Shown here in pieces: positions 50,666 to 63,400 of a DNA stretch of 64,000 nt. Under the pieces are notes generated by a model, which made no database searches, was not told the origin of the DNA, and saw nothing but the letters and a program-made list of their open reading frames with translations. The first letter of the stretch is position 1. Each line of letters opens with the position of its first letter. The stretch is from Neovahlkampfia damariscottae (taxonomy: Eukaryota): NCBI GenBank assembly GCA_016618085.1, contig JABLTG010000020.1, positions 1 through 64,000 on the forward strand. The letters run 5' to 3'. Position numbers and translations under genes: made by a program.

Positions 50666-53600
50666 TTAAGTTTTTAAAGATTGAGCCAACTCATGGAATT
50701 TTTCTGTGACCCTTGGCATAATTGAAGTTAAAGATGAGTTTATAACACCTAAAATGTATTCATCGGCTTCTTGATCATTCAAATCTAATTTGAAATTCTT
50801 TTCAACAATTCTATAGAGATTTTGTCGATATTCACCACTTAAATGAGGTATATTTGCCAATGTCATTGTATTTAGCATTACTAATATATAATTTGCATAT
50901 TTTCTCAAAATACCAAATGCTTTACAACAAAATATTTTGAATTGAACATATTCAGTTGAATTTAAACCTCCCATACCATCAATCATTTCATAGGTTAATC
51001 TAATTGCAGGTGGAAGTGGTTTAGGATCTTGACCTAAAATAAAACCAAAATCAATATGAAAGAAATGACCATCTTCAGTTATTAAAATATTACTATTGTT
51101 TTTTTAATATAAAATATTAATATTACTCTAAATGTCTATCACCAATTCCTAACAAATATGTTATTATACAATATCCAGCACAACTTTTAATATAAGTTTT
51201 AACAACATCTGGAGGACAAATACCGAATGAATTTGATTTTTTAAAGTATTCTTGAATTGAACCAAATTGTTTCAAAATTGAACTAACAGTTAAACTATTT
51301 TGAACTAATTCAACAAAACCAGTATCAATACCAGTTGCTAAAACATGATATGGAGTTAAACATAAATCTAAATTATTTGCAGATAAACAATCATTCATAA
51401 ATTTAATCATTTGACTAATTAACATATCTTGTCTTAAATCATCACCTTTTTTAAAAATGATACTAAATTGTTCATTTGAATCATTATTTAAAAATGTAAT
51501 TGAAATTGGTTGTAATGCAGATTTAAATATTTTACCAGATTCTTTTTTAATACCATTTATACAAAAATGAGTATTTAAAGGTAAATAAACATTTTCATCA
51601 TTTTTAAAAATATCATCCCAATTAATATTAATTGATTTACTTTTATAAGTTCCTTCAATTATTTTATTTAAAATTATTTGTTTTGATAATCTATCTTTTG
51701 ATGATAATTCATTTATAAATAAAGTTGAAATTGAAGTTAATGAATCAACAATTTTTTGTTGTCTTAAAATCATTGAAAGATATATTTTACCTTCATCACT
51801 CTTTGATAATGTATCACCTAAATGATATAAAGTAGTTGAAAAATAATTTGAAAAATGTTTATCTTTTTCTGATTCTCTTTCAATAGATAAATACCAACTC
51901 AATTTTGATGCAATATGAAATGATTTAATGGATAAATTTAATAATAAATTTAATAAACTTGATGTTTTTTGTTTAATTTCTTTATAATCTTCAAATCTTA
52001 ATGTTTGAACTAATTGTAATAATACTAATTCAATTTGATCAATTGGAAAATTATTTAATGCTTTTAATGATAAATTTCTTAATTCTTTTTGTTTAAAACA
52101 TAATAATTCTAATATTTCTTCTAATGTTAATATTTCACATATCTTTGGATTTTCAATTAAATATAAAATTTCTTTTTTTTCTTTTTCATTTTCCCAACTT
52201 TAATTTTATTGGTTAATTAAATTTAATATTTACTTTATTGCTTTCATCATTTTTACAAATATTTTTCTTTCAAAAATTAAAATATATTTATGAGTTAAAA
52301 GAAAATTGGATTCAATTTCTGGTAATTTTTTATATAACACTCTTGGATAAGTTAAACATTTGTATAATATTTTTAAATTTTCATTTTTTGATTTTTCATT
52401 TTGAACATTTATAATTACAGGTAAAAATAATTCTGAATTTGAAAATGAATTTCTAATTTCTTTTAAAACTTTATCTTCTTTTTCTTTTCCAAGTATTTCT
52501 TTAATTGGTGCAATTTGTTGAATAATTGAAATAAATTGAAAATTTGATGAATTTCTTTTTTTATTTTCTTTTTTTTCATTTTTTAAATTAATTTTTGAAT
52601 TGGTATCATATTGTGTATGTGTAATTTGCATTTTTCTTTTTGTATTTACAAGTTTTTCAATTGTTTCTTCTTTTGATTTTGTTGGTATTTTAAAATAATT
52701 TTCAATTAAATTTAATGTTACAAACTGATTTTCAATTATACCTGTAATTTCATTAATATATTTTATTTTAAATTCTTCTTCTTCTTCTTCTTCTTCATCA
52801 TCACCACCTTTAAATATATCTTTTGATAATATTAATGGTTCAGTTTGAATATATTCAGATGACATTGGTGATAATGCATTCATATTATCTTCTATTGATT
52901 TTAAATTACTAATTTTTAAATTTTTTATATTTGAAATCTTTTTTGATAAATTTATTGATACTAAATTATCCATAGTTGATCCATCGGATGAATTAATACT
53001 ACTACTACTACCACTATTACTATTATAACTATTTCCAACAATTGATATTTTTCTTCTTTCATCCAATGAATGTGATCTCTTTTTTTCTTCTGAATCCATT
53101 AATAATTCTTCTACTCTTATTTTTGATCTTCTATTATTTATACTAACTGCTTTATCTGTCATTTTAAATGGACTTAATGTTCTATCATGTTCTGATATTG
53201 GTTTTGGTCTCTCTTTTTTTGAAACATCTTCATCTTTTTTTAATTTTGGTGGTACATGCATTGAAAATGTTCTAACTTTTTCTTCTTCATTAATTTTCTC
53301 ATTTTTTTTTGATAAAAAACTTAAAAGTGCAAATATTTTAGTATGGTTCTTTTCAATAATATCAGAAGGTGTAATTTGTAAATTTGATATTGATTCTTTT
53401 TTTTGTTCTAAATATGTTTTTAATGCCTTCAATCCAATATTTATATTTTGTCTACGAAAAAATTCATTTTGTGAACTGAAATTAATCTTGTATTTTTTTT
53501 TTTTACTTTTTAATTTTTAATTTAGTTTTTGTCAAATGTTCAACCATAACTATGAATACTTTATCATCAAAATCTGAAATGGAGTTAAATTCTTTTTTAA

Positions 53601-53718
53601 GAATTGAACTCAACCAAACACAACATAACTTTTCCTATTTTTATTTTTAATTTTAATATTTAAGTCTTACATTTTCTCGAACATAAACTTCAGTCTCACT
53701 TTCTTCGAACGTTGACAT
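50666..53718 (-). CDS. Vps34-like (class III) PI 3-kinase with N-terminal calponin-homology-like domain (4 introns)
   Basis: LLQLVQTLRFE (helical domain), FKSALQP, FKKGDDLRQD, SCAGYCIITYLLGIGDRHLDN, HIDFGFILGQDPKP; N-terminal NINIGL.AL...ITPSDIIEKN..IFALL. Confidence 0.85.
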
Positions 53719-53778
53719 TTGATTGGATTTGGTTTGTGAATGAAATCTATTGGTCAAAAAAAAACCTGTCAAAAATTT

Positions 53779-55447
53779 TTATTCTTCAATTTCATCAAAA
53801 TCATCATCTAAAGACCATATTTTTAAATAACCATCAATACTAATGATGAAAAGAATTAAAGATAAATTATTACCTTGAAGTTGATAAAATATTTTTGAAT
53901 GGATGACAATTTAAATGTAATATATTTTTTTTATGAATTTGAATTTGATCTAATAATAAAGAAGTATTAAAATCAAATGTAAATAATATATTATCATCAG
54001 TAATACCATATAAATATTTTAAATCAAATGAAATTGAAATTAAAATGAAATCACCTTCCTATATATTTGGAGTGAAAAATAAAAGAATTACTGATTTTTC
54101 ATGTGTAAATATTTTTAATAATTTTCCATTTTTATCAAATAAATGAATAAATTTTGAATGATTTGAAATTAAAATTTGATTTAAATTTTCAATAAATTTA
54201 CAAGAAAGAATTGAAAGATTATTTAAATTAAAATTTAAAATACATTCAGTTGAATTTACATTCCAAATTCTAATAGTTGAATCAGATGAACAACTTAATA
54301 TTTCTTCATCATTTTTTATAAAATGAATTTCATTAATAAATGATTCATGACCAATAAATTCTTTTAATAAGTTACCTGAATTTAATCCATGTATTTTTAT
54401 TTTTTTATCAAAAGAACAAGATAAAATATAATTTAAATTCTTTGATATTTTTAAACTTGAAATACCTTTTTCATGAGCATTTTTAATTTTACGAATACAA
54501 TTCCCTTTTTTTATATTCCAAATTTTAATCATACCATCTTCTGATCCACTTAATAATATTTCAGAATTATAACTAAAATCTAAACATAATATTTTTGATT
54601 CATGTATCATAAATTCATCTTTTAATTGATATTCTAAATTTAGATTTAATTTTCCTTCTTTGTAATTCCAAACTTCAATAAAATTATCAAAACTACCAGA
54701 TACTAAATATTTATCATTTGGTGAAAATATTGAACAAGTTGGATAACTCTTTTTACCAAATTTAATTTTTTGTATCATTTTTATTTTTTTGTTTTCTTCT
54801 TTTTCTTGAATAATTTTCATTTTTTTAGATGATTCCATTTGTTTCATCGAATCATTCTCTATATTTTGATCAATATTAATTTGATTTTGAATGGATTGTA
54901 TTTGAGTTTCAGTTTGAATTAATTTTCTCTTTTTATCATCCATACTTAATAAAAATGAATTTGATTTTAAAATTTTAATTTCAAATAATATTTTTTTCAA
55001 TAAATTTTCTCTTTTTTCTAAAATATCTTCTTTTTTTATATTCATTGATTTTTCATTGGCCATCATGAATAACTTTTCAATTTCTAAAATCTTTTTTTTT
55101 TCTTCTTCATTCTCTTTTAAATAGTTTATTAAATTAGAATTTAAAAAAAATAATTTTGCAACATCAATTTCATTATACTCAATCAATTCTTCAATAATCA
55201 TTTTTTCTAATTCAAATAAATTTGATTTAGAAAGAGTTAGAAAATTTAATTTTTTTAAAATTTTATCCCATTCACCATTTAAAAATTCAGTTTCAAATTC
55301 TTTTTTTTCTTCAATTGAATTAAAATATTTATATTCTGTTTTGGTTTCTTCTATTACTTTTTTAAAACTTTCATTTAAATTATTTTCTTTGCAAAATTGT
55401 AATATATATTCTATTGGTATCTTAGAGTCAATCTTTTTACTTTCCAT
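53779..55447 (-). CDS. SMU1: SMU1 (LisH/CTLH + WD40 spliceosomal protein)
   Basis: ILQFCKENNL, GEWD, EELIE, IKFGKKSYP.C.IFSP, GSFDNFIEVWNY..GK...L.YQ, IKIHGLNSG.LLKEF.GH. Confidence 0.92.
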
Positions 55448-55575
55448 TTGTTTGTCAAAGTAAATGTGTTTCTAACAAAATGAAGTTGATTGGTTCAAAT
55501 TTTCAATGAAGTGATTAAACAAGAAGAGAACACAAACTCATCAAAAAATATCAATTATAAATATTATTCAACAAA

Positions 55576-56583
55576 TTATTTATCTTCTTCAATTTCGTCA
55601 TCTTCTTCTTCTTCTTCAGAATGTACTTCTTCAATTATCAAACTCTTTTCCTCCTCCACATTCAAATATTTCAGAAAATCATAAATCTTTTTCAAATATC
55701 TTTCTACAGAATAAATATCCATTATATTGTTATGTCCAGCATATTCAATAAATAGAGGTTTGTATGACTTTTTACATTTCTTTGAAAGTGTCTTTCAAAA
55801 TATAAGTAAGTTTAGAAATAGAAAAATGTTACTTCTATTCAAAATTTAAATTCAAAAAAAAATTCGCACCTCCATGTTCCACAGGAATTAGTTCGTCTTC
55901 TTTACCATGTATAACAAAAACAGGTGACTCTACCCTTTCTATCCTTTCAACGTTTGGAAACATATCAAAGAATAATTTATTTTGTACTGGAACCTTGATT
56001 CTGACAACAGAAAGAAATGGACTTTGCAAAATTAGACCTCTGAATTGAGAATTTTGTCTAGAACAAATATAAGTACTTGGTCCAGATCCTAAACTGGTAC
56101 CAAATCTATGTTGTTGATTAATGAAATATTTTTGGTTACACTATAATTTTATTTCTTTTAAAATTCAAAGTTTCAGTTAAATATTTGACAGCTGCTTCAA
56201 TACTATCATAACACCCTTTTTCTGTTGGTGAAATGGTAGTTTTTTTATTTTCTTTATCAATTCCATAACCTTGATATTCATAAGAAAAAACGTTAATCTT
56301 TTGTTTTTTAATAAAAAACGTGTTACTTTTAATGAAGTGGATAAAAGCTCCAAATAAGGCATCATTTGTCCTAAATCAGTGGCATTTCCGTGACTGTATA
56401 AAATACATTGATCAGATCTGATAATAAGTTTTTTTTTTTTGCAAACTTTTTGAATTTCAAAAATGTAGTTGGTATCTCTGAACCATTTTCAAGTTTTATC
56501 CATTTTATAGTTCCATCTTTGTTGTCTTTGTATGACGGTGGATCAGGTGGTTGAAACAAAACTCGAGAAATGACTCCTCCCAT
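55576..56583 (-). CDS. ABHD17: ABHD17-family alpha/beta hydrolase (depalmitoylase-like), multi-exon
   Basis: MGGV...FQPP.PPSY, YSHGNATDLG, YEYQGYG, FGTSLGSGP, LQSPF.S, VIHGKEDE..HG, AGHNN. Confidence 0.88.
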
Positions 56584-56771
56584 TTTTTATTTTGTTTTGT
56601 CAGTGAAAAATGATTGGACAAAATTGAAAAAATTCTAATATTGAGTAAGATAGTATGTATTTGATATGTTAAAGCCAATTTTTTTTTTATTTTTATCATA
56701 AAATGGAAGGATTTTTTTGACCAATCACATCGTTTTTTAAATACATAATTTTTTGTTGTAATTTTTAAAAC

Positions 56772-57554
56772 ATGCCACAAGGAGATTATATAGAATTATT
56801 TCAAAAGAGATATGGAAGAAAATACGATCATTATGAACGTAAAAGAAAAAAAGAAGCAAGAGCTGTAAAAAAACAATCAAAAATGGCTCAAACTTTGACT
56901 GGAATTAAAGGAAAATTGTTCAATAAAAAGAGATATGCTGAAAAAGCTTTAATGAAAAAGACTATTGCAATGCATGAACAAAAAACACAAAAACAAAAAG
57001 ATGATGACCATATTCCATCTGGTGCTGTTCCAGCTTATTTAATGGATCGTGAAGGAGAAAATAGATCAAAAATTTTAAGTAATACCATCAAACAAAAAAG
57101 AAAAGAAAAAGCAGGAAAATGGAAAGTTCCTGTACCAAAAGTACGTGCTTTGACGGAAGACGAAATGTTCAAAGTTGTAAGAAGTGGAAAAAGAAAAAAA
57201 AAAATGTGGAAGAGAATGATAAACAAAGTATCATTTGTAGGTGATACATTTACAAGAAAACCACCAAAATACGAAAGATTTATTCGTCCTATGGCTTTAC
57301 GTTTTCAAAAAGCGCACGTTACACATCCTGAACTTCAAACAACATTTCATCTTCCTATAATTTCTGTTAAAAAAAATCCACAATCACATTTGTATTCAAC
57401 TTTAGGTGTCATTACAAAAGGTACTATCATTGAAGTTAATGTTTCTGATTTGGGTCTTGTTACACCTTCAGGAAAAATTGTTTGGGGTAAATATGCTCAA
57501 GTTACAAATCAACCAGAGTTAGATGGTTGTATAAATGCTGTTTTACTTGTTTAA
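56772..57554 (+). CDS. NSA2: Ribosome biogenesis protein NSA2
   Basis: [45 protein letters not shown]. Confidence 0.97.
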   Translation: MPQGDYIELFQKRYGRKYDHYERKRKKEARAVKKQSKMAQTLTGIKGKLFNKKRYAEKALMKKTIAMHEQKTQKQKDDDHIPSGAVPAYLMDREGENRSKILSNTIKQKRKEKAGKWKVPVPKVRALTEDEMFKVVRSGKRKKKMWKRMINKVSFVGDTFTRKPPKYERFIRPMALRFQKAHVTHPELQTTFHLPIISVKKNPQSHLYSTLGVITKGTIIEVNVSDLGLVTPSGKIVWGKYAQVTNQPELDGCINAVLLV

Positions 57555-57627
57555 TTAAAAATTTTTATTCTTCCATTCAAATTAAATTGTCATTGGCTAT
57601 TTATTTTTCCACCAACCACGGAGTTTT

Positions 57628-59795
57628 ATGGAACAAACAGAAAGAACAGTTGGAAATAACTTTCGTGACCAAATTTACTTTTATTCAGGCCTTTTAAAAG
57701 AACAATATCAAAGTTTACCACCACAACAACAAAATAAATTAAAATATTTGGCTGCTGGTGCTGGTGTTGGAACATGTAACTATATTTTATTTTTTAACTT
57801 CATAAGTGGGTGTAGTTCTTTATGGTTACTTCAAGAAAGAAAAAACTGAAACAAAAAAAAAGAGTAGCAAAGAAAATAGAATTGACTCCAAGTTTCTTAA
57901 ACGTTTAAGACATTTACTTGGCATTGTTGTTCCTTCATTCAAGTAAATTAAAACTATATTTAAAATCTATTAAATTATAGAAGCAAAGATTTTTTGAGAT
58001 TATTAGCTTTAGCTTTTGTAGTTATTTGTCGTACTTTTATTTCAAATACACTTAGTTCATTATCTGGTGATCTTTCAAAGGTAAAAAGAAATATAATTTA
58101 GTGTTAATATATTTATAGGCATTGATGTTAACAGATAAAAAAGAATTTACTCAATTATTACTTACTTCAACTACAACATCTGTGTTATCAGCAATATTAG
58201 CACCAACTTTACAGTATTTAATTGATAAATCAGCGATTCAATGGAGATCACATTTAACTGAATATTTACACTCAAAATATTTAAATAATATGATGTATTA
58301 TAAATCAGCATATTTGAATGAAGATGTTAAGAATCCGTATGTAAAAATATTATAATAACAAATATATTAGTGATCAAATTATTACTCAAGATGTTCAAAA
58401 ATTTTCAGAAGGAATGTGTGGTTTATTTGCAAATTTGGTGAAACCAATTGCTGATATCATACTTTATACTACTAGATTAGTTGGTAAAAAGAAATTATTT
58501 TTTACAAACAATTAAAATAGATTTAACTGGTTGGATTGGACCTGTTGTCATTGTTTCTTATATGTTTTTATCTTGGATATTTATTACACTTATTAGACCA
58601 AATTTTTCAAAATTAACAAGTAAATATCAAGAATTACAAGGTACATTTAGATATACTCATGTACGTACTTCAACCAATGGAGAATCAATTGCATTTTATG
58701 GTGGTGATTCTCTTGAAAAATCAGTTGCAGAATCAAATTTTGAAGATATTTATCAACAAAAATCTAAAATGAATTCAATTAAACGTAATTTTGAAAGTAA
58801 GAAATTATTTTTTTTTTCATTAACATATAGTTTTAAATGAATTTTTCATTTTTGATTTACCACAAAGTATCAGTTGGTTATTAAGTGCATTACCTGTATT
58901 TTTTGGTAGAATGCATAAACATGATAGAGGTGAACTTGCAAGAGATCTTCGTTATGTTGCAGCTGTTATTTCTCATGAATTTTCAGCTATTGGAGAATTA
59001 GTTAAAGTACATACAAGACTTTCTGAAATATCTGGATATACAAATAATATTTCAAATCTTTTGGATACAATTGATGATTTTGAAAAAAAAAATTCAAAAG
59101 TATCAATTAAAGAAGGTGATTCTGTTAAATTTGAAAATATTGATTTAGTGACACCAACAGGAGTTACTCTTGGAAAATCAATTAATTTTGAAATTCAACC
59201 TGGTAAAAATTATTTAATTACAGGTCCAAATGGAATTGGAAAATCAAGTATTGCACGTTTATTAGCTGGATTATGGCCATTTAATGAAAATGGATCAATT
59301 ACAAAACCAGGTGGATCTAAAATGGGTGAATTAGAAAAAATATTTTATGTACCTCAAAAACCATATAATGTTAGTGGTACATTAAGAGATCAAATCATTT
59401 ATCCATTGGATTCATCTAAAGCTAAAAATTGTTCTGATGAAGAATTATCAAAATTACTTGATAAAGTTAAAATTACAAAAATTATTGAAAGAGAAGGAGG
59501 TTTTAATTCAGTTAGAAATTGGGATGATATTTTATCTCTTGGTGAACAACAGAGATTAGCTATGGCAAGATTATATTATCATCAACCTAAATTTGCAATT
59601 TTAGATGAATGTACTAGTGCTGTTTCTGCTGATATTGAAAAACAATTATATGATGAATCAAAAGAATTAGGAATTACTATCATTACAATTTCTTTAAGAC
59701 CTGCATTAAAAGCTTATCATGATTATGAGTTTAGATTTGATGGAAAAGGTGGTTATACTATTGGCGAAATTGATCATAATGAAAAAGATGAATAA
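57628..59795 (+). CDS. ABCD: Peroxisomal ABCD half-transporter, multi-exon
   Basis: NPDQ.ITQD, EAA motif NGESIAFYGG, GPNGIGKSS, YVPQKPY..GTLRDQIIYP, LSLGEQQRL, ILDECTSAVS. Confidence 0.93.
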
Positions 59796-59965
59796 ATTTT
59801 ATTTGATTTTTCTCTCAGTCGGATCAAGATTCTCAGTAGAGAATTGACGAAACTTTTGTATAATAAAACTTTCGAGTTTTAAAAAAAAAAAGATTTTTAT
59901 TGGTCAATTTCACTTTTTTATTTTTGGTTGCAGAAAAACAAGCATCTCTCTTTTTTTTTAAAAAA

Positions 59966-60445
59966 ATGTCAGACCAACAAGAAGAGTTACAAAAGGCAAA
60001 AGCAAGAGCTTTAAAAGCGAAAGAAAAAGCAAAATTAAAAGCATTAGAAAAACAAAAATCAACAGAAACTTCAACAAAATTTCAATTAAAAGATGGTCAA
60101 CTACGTTATGACGTTAAAAAATGGAATGCCGTTTGTTTTTATTTTTTTGAAATTAATTGATTTAAAATAGGTCAGTCTTTGGAGATGGGATGTTATAGTG
60201 GATAACTGCGCTATTTGTAGAGTTAATATTCATGATTTATGTATAGATTGTCAAGCAAATCAATATTCAACTACATCTGAAGAATGTAATGTTGCATGGG
60301 GCGAATGCAACCATGCTTTTCATTTTCATTGTGTAATTTTTTTTATTTTTTTTATTTTTTTTAGATATCGAGATGGTTGAAAACAAGACATGTTTGTCCA
60401 TTGTGTAACACTGAATGGGATTTTCAACGATATGGAAATGCGTAA
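59966..60445 (+). CDS. RBX1: RING-box protein 1 (2 introns), with charged N-terminal extension
   Basis: [45 protein letters not shown]. Confidence 0.93.
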
Positions 60446-60466
60446 ATTAAATGTTTTTTATTTTCT

Positions 60467-63400
60467 TTATTGAATTTCTTCTTCTTCCACTTCAGCAATT
60501 CCAGAAATATTTCCGACATTATTTTCTTGCTCCTCCTGAGTTTTATCTTCTTTGTTCAGAGAATCTTCTTCTCTACTCGTTGATGGAGGAGTTTTGAAAT
60601 CTTCTGATGATTTTGGATCTGTTTCATTATTTTCAAATAATAATCCAGTGTTGGAATTTATTCTATCATGATGAATTGAATCAGGTGATGAGTTTTCTTG
60701 TGATCCTAATTTTGGAATGATTCCTTTTTCTTGTTCAAAATCTTCATTTGATTCTAAATTTTCGTCTAATTCAACTTGTTGAGTAGCAGAAATATCAAAT
60801 TTTTCATCTTTTTGTTGCTCTCCAATGATTACAGTTGTTTGATTTGCTCTTCTTTTTAGTCCAAATGTTGCTAACATTACATCTTGTTCTGCCATTGAAA
60901 TGTCTTTTCCAATATCCAAATCATGAATGGATTCTAAATATTGAACTCGAGTTTGTTTTTTATCCTCAAAGAATTGAAGAATAAAATCTAAAACAATTAA
61001 TCCACCAACTGAAATTGAAGATACAACAATAACAATAATACAAAGAACTCCAACTAGATCTTTACTCCAATCTTTTGGAAAGTCATCAACATAAAATAAT
61101 AAAGCACAGAATAACAACAACTCTGTACTTAATAGTACAATATACTCCATTGTATTGTGAAAATCTCTTCGATAAGGTACATTATGGATTTGTAAAATAA
61201 ATGCAATAAAAATGACAAGCATTGAAAATAACACAACTAATAAAGGGTATCCTGAGAAGAATATAATTGCAGTTGAAATTAATAATTTTCTAATGATGAT
61301 GATTATTTGCCAATAAATTCTTTCATCCCTAAATCTGACGAATAAAAATCTAAACCTTGCATTAAATGTTTTTGATGCTTGAATCTTTTTTTTAAATAAT
61401 AAAACATAAGCAAAAAGACCAATGACACCTAAACCAAATGTAATTAAAGTTGCAATAGCAAATGGAAAATATATCCACCAATCTCCTTGATAACATTGAA
61501 CAGATCTCTCTGAATCCATTAATAATTGATCTTTGACAGTGACACAATTAAAAATTTGAGATGCTTTTGTTACAACAAATACATATGAAAAGGAAAGAAT
61601 GATAACAAATGTATGAATACATTTATCACCAAACTCACCAAGTTGTTTAATTGATTTGGGATCAGCAAAGAAATCAATAGTTGCAACAATTGTTGATGAA
61701 AAGTTAACTGTTAACCAATTTCTTCTATCAATTTTGTAAAATTTGTCTAACATTTTTCTGATTAATCTTCCATAAATTCTAGCTAAAAGTGATCGAATAA
61801 CTTCAAGAATAAATCCTAAAAATAATAAAATAGCAAATACAACTGGAATAGCCAAAGTTGCTCCCCATTTCATTCCATAGGTAATAGATGAAATACATTC
61901 AGGTACAAAAATATCAAGATCCAAATTTAAAAATTTTAAATAACCCAATACATTTTTCAATGCATCAGGCCATTTAAAATTATATGCAGAAAATACAGCA
62001 ATAATTTGATAATAAGAAATTGCAATACTAAATGAACTTAAATGTGATACTTTTAATTGTGCAAATTTGAAAAATAAGAGAATTAAAATAAAAAGAACAA
62101 TGATAACACCAATCATTCTCCATTGAACATCTGTGTTACATATTTCACATTTTCCACTTGATTTATAATATCCTGAAGCACAATTTTCACATAATAATCC
62201 TGTTCTTCCAATAATACATCCTCCATTTAATGAAGTATTTCCAGTACAAAATGATTGAGTGTTACATATCACAAAATTGAATGGTTCAATATCATCTTGA
62301 ATCCAATAATATCCTTCTTTTGGTCTAGGTAAAGAAGATCCACCATCACAAATCCCACCTTTAACGCATGTGGAACATTCAATACCTGAATTGGTACCAT
62401 TTTTTCTATATGCACCAGATTGACAATCACAATTTGTTAAATTTTTTGATCCTTCAACCGATTTGGTCAAAGTTGGACATTTTAAGCATGTTGTAGATCC
62501 AGTTTCAGGTTGATATCTGTTTTCTTCACATTCAATACACTCAAAAAAACCTTCTTTGTGCTTATATTTTCCAGCCGGACATATTTGGCAAGGAACTTCA
62601 TAATTTGAACCAAACTCACCAGGTTTACAAGATTGAACATCATAAGTTATTCCAGACCAAGAAACAAAATTCTTTTCATTGTAACTAAGATAAATACTTG
62701 CTGTTTTATCTTCTGGATGTGAAGGTGTTGTGCAATTTACCATTGTGTCACTTAAAATTTTACAATCTATTGATGATCTAATTGTAGTTATTCTGAAGGT
62801 AGCACGTAAATTATCTAACGAAATTTGATTCAAAAGATGAAATCCAGAACCAATTAGAGATATATCCACACCACCATAGGCAACACCAAAATTAGGAGAA
62901 ATTGAAGTCACAACAGGTTTTGGATAAAGTGTAAATTCTTTTGCAACTGATGTTTGTGATGCAACGGTGTTTGCTACAACGATTTCCCATAAACCATAAT
63001 CATTTTCATTGATTGAATTTGTTGGTACTGTACAAACTACTTCATCTGAACTACGAACTGTTGGATTGTTATCATATTTTACGATGTTTGTTCCTTTTTT
63101 TGTAAAAATACACTGATCAACGTTCTTTGTGATTCCAGTGATTGTAATTGTATAAGGGTCAGAGTCATCAGGTCTAATAGGTCCAGTTGTTGGTGAATAC
63201 AAGACTATAACGGGGAATTTTGATTCCAAAAATGTCATAGTCAGTTTTGTGTCAATATAATCAATGCCATTCATTGCAAAATAAACTGATAAATCTTTTG
63301 GTAAAGTAGTACCTGTTGAATAAACATCTGGTGTGTTACACAATGCATAAGTTTCATTGATATAAGTGCAAGATTCTTCAAATGACAAACCTGTAATATT

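Noticed and set aside
40403..56640. RRPE-like TGAAAAATT words near SRP40, RPA2 and NSA2
   Set aside because: Not distinguishable from background in such AT-rich DNA without statistics
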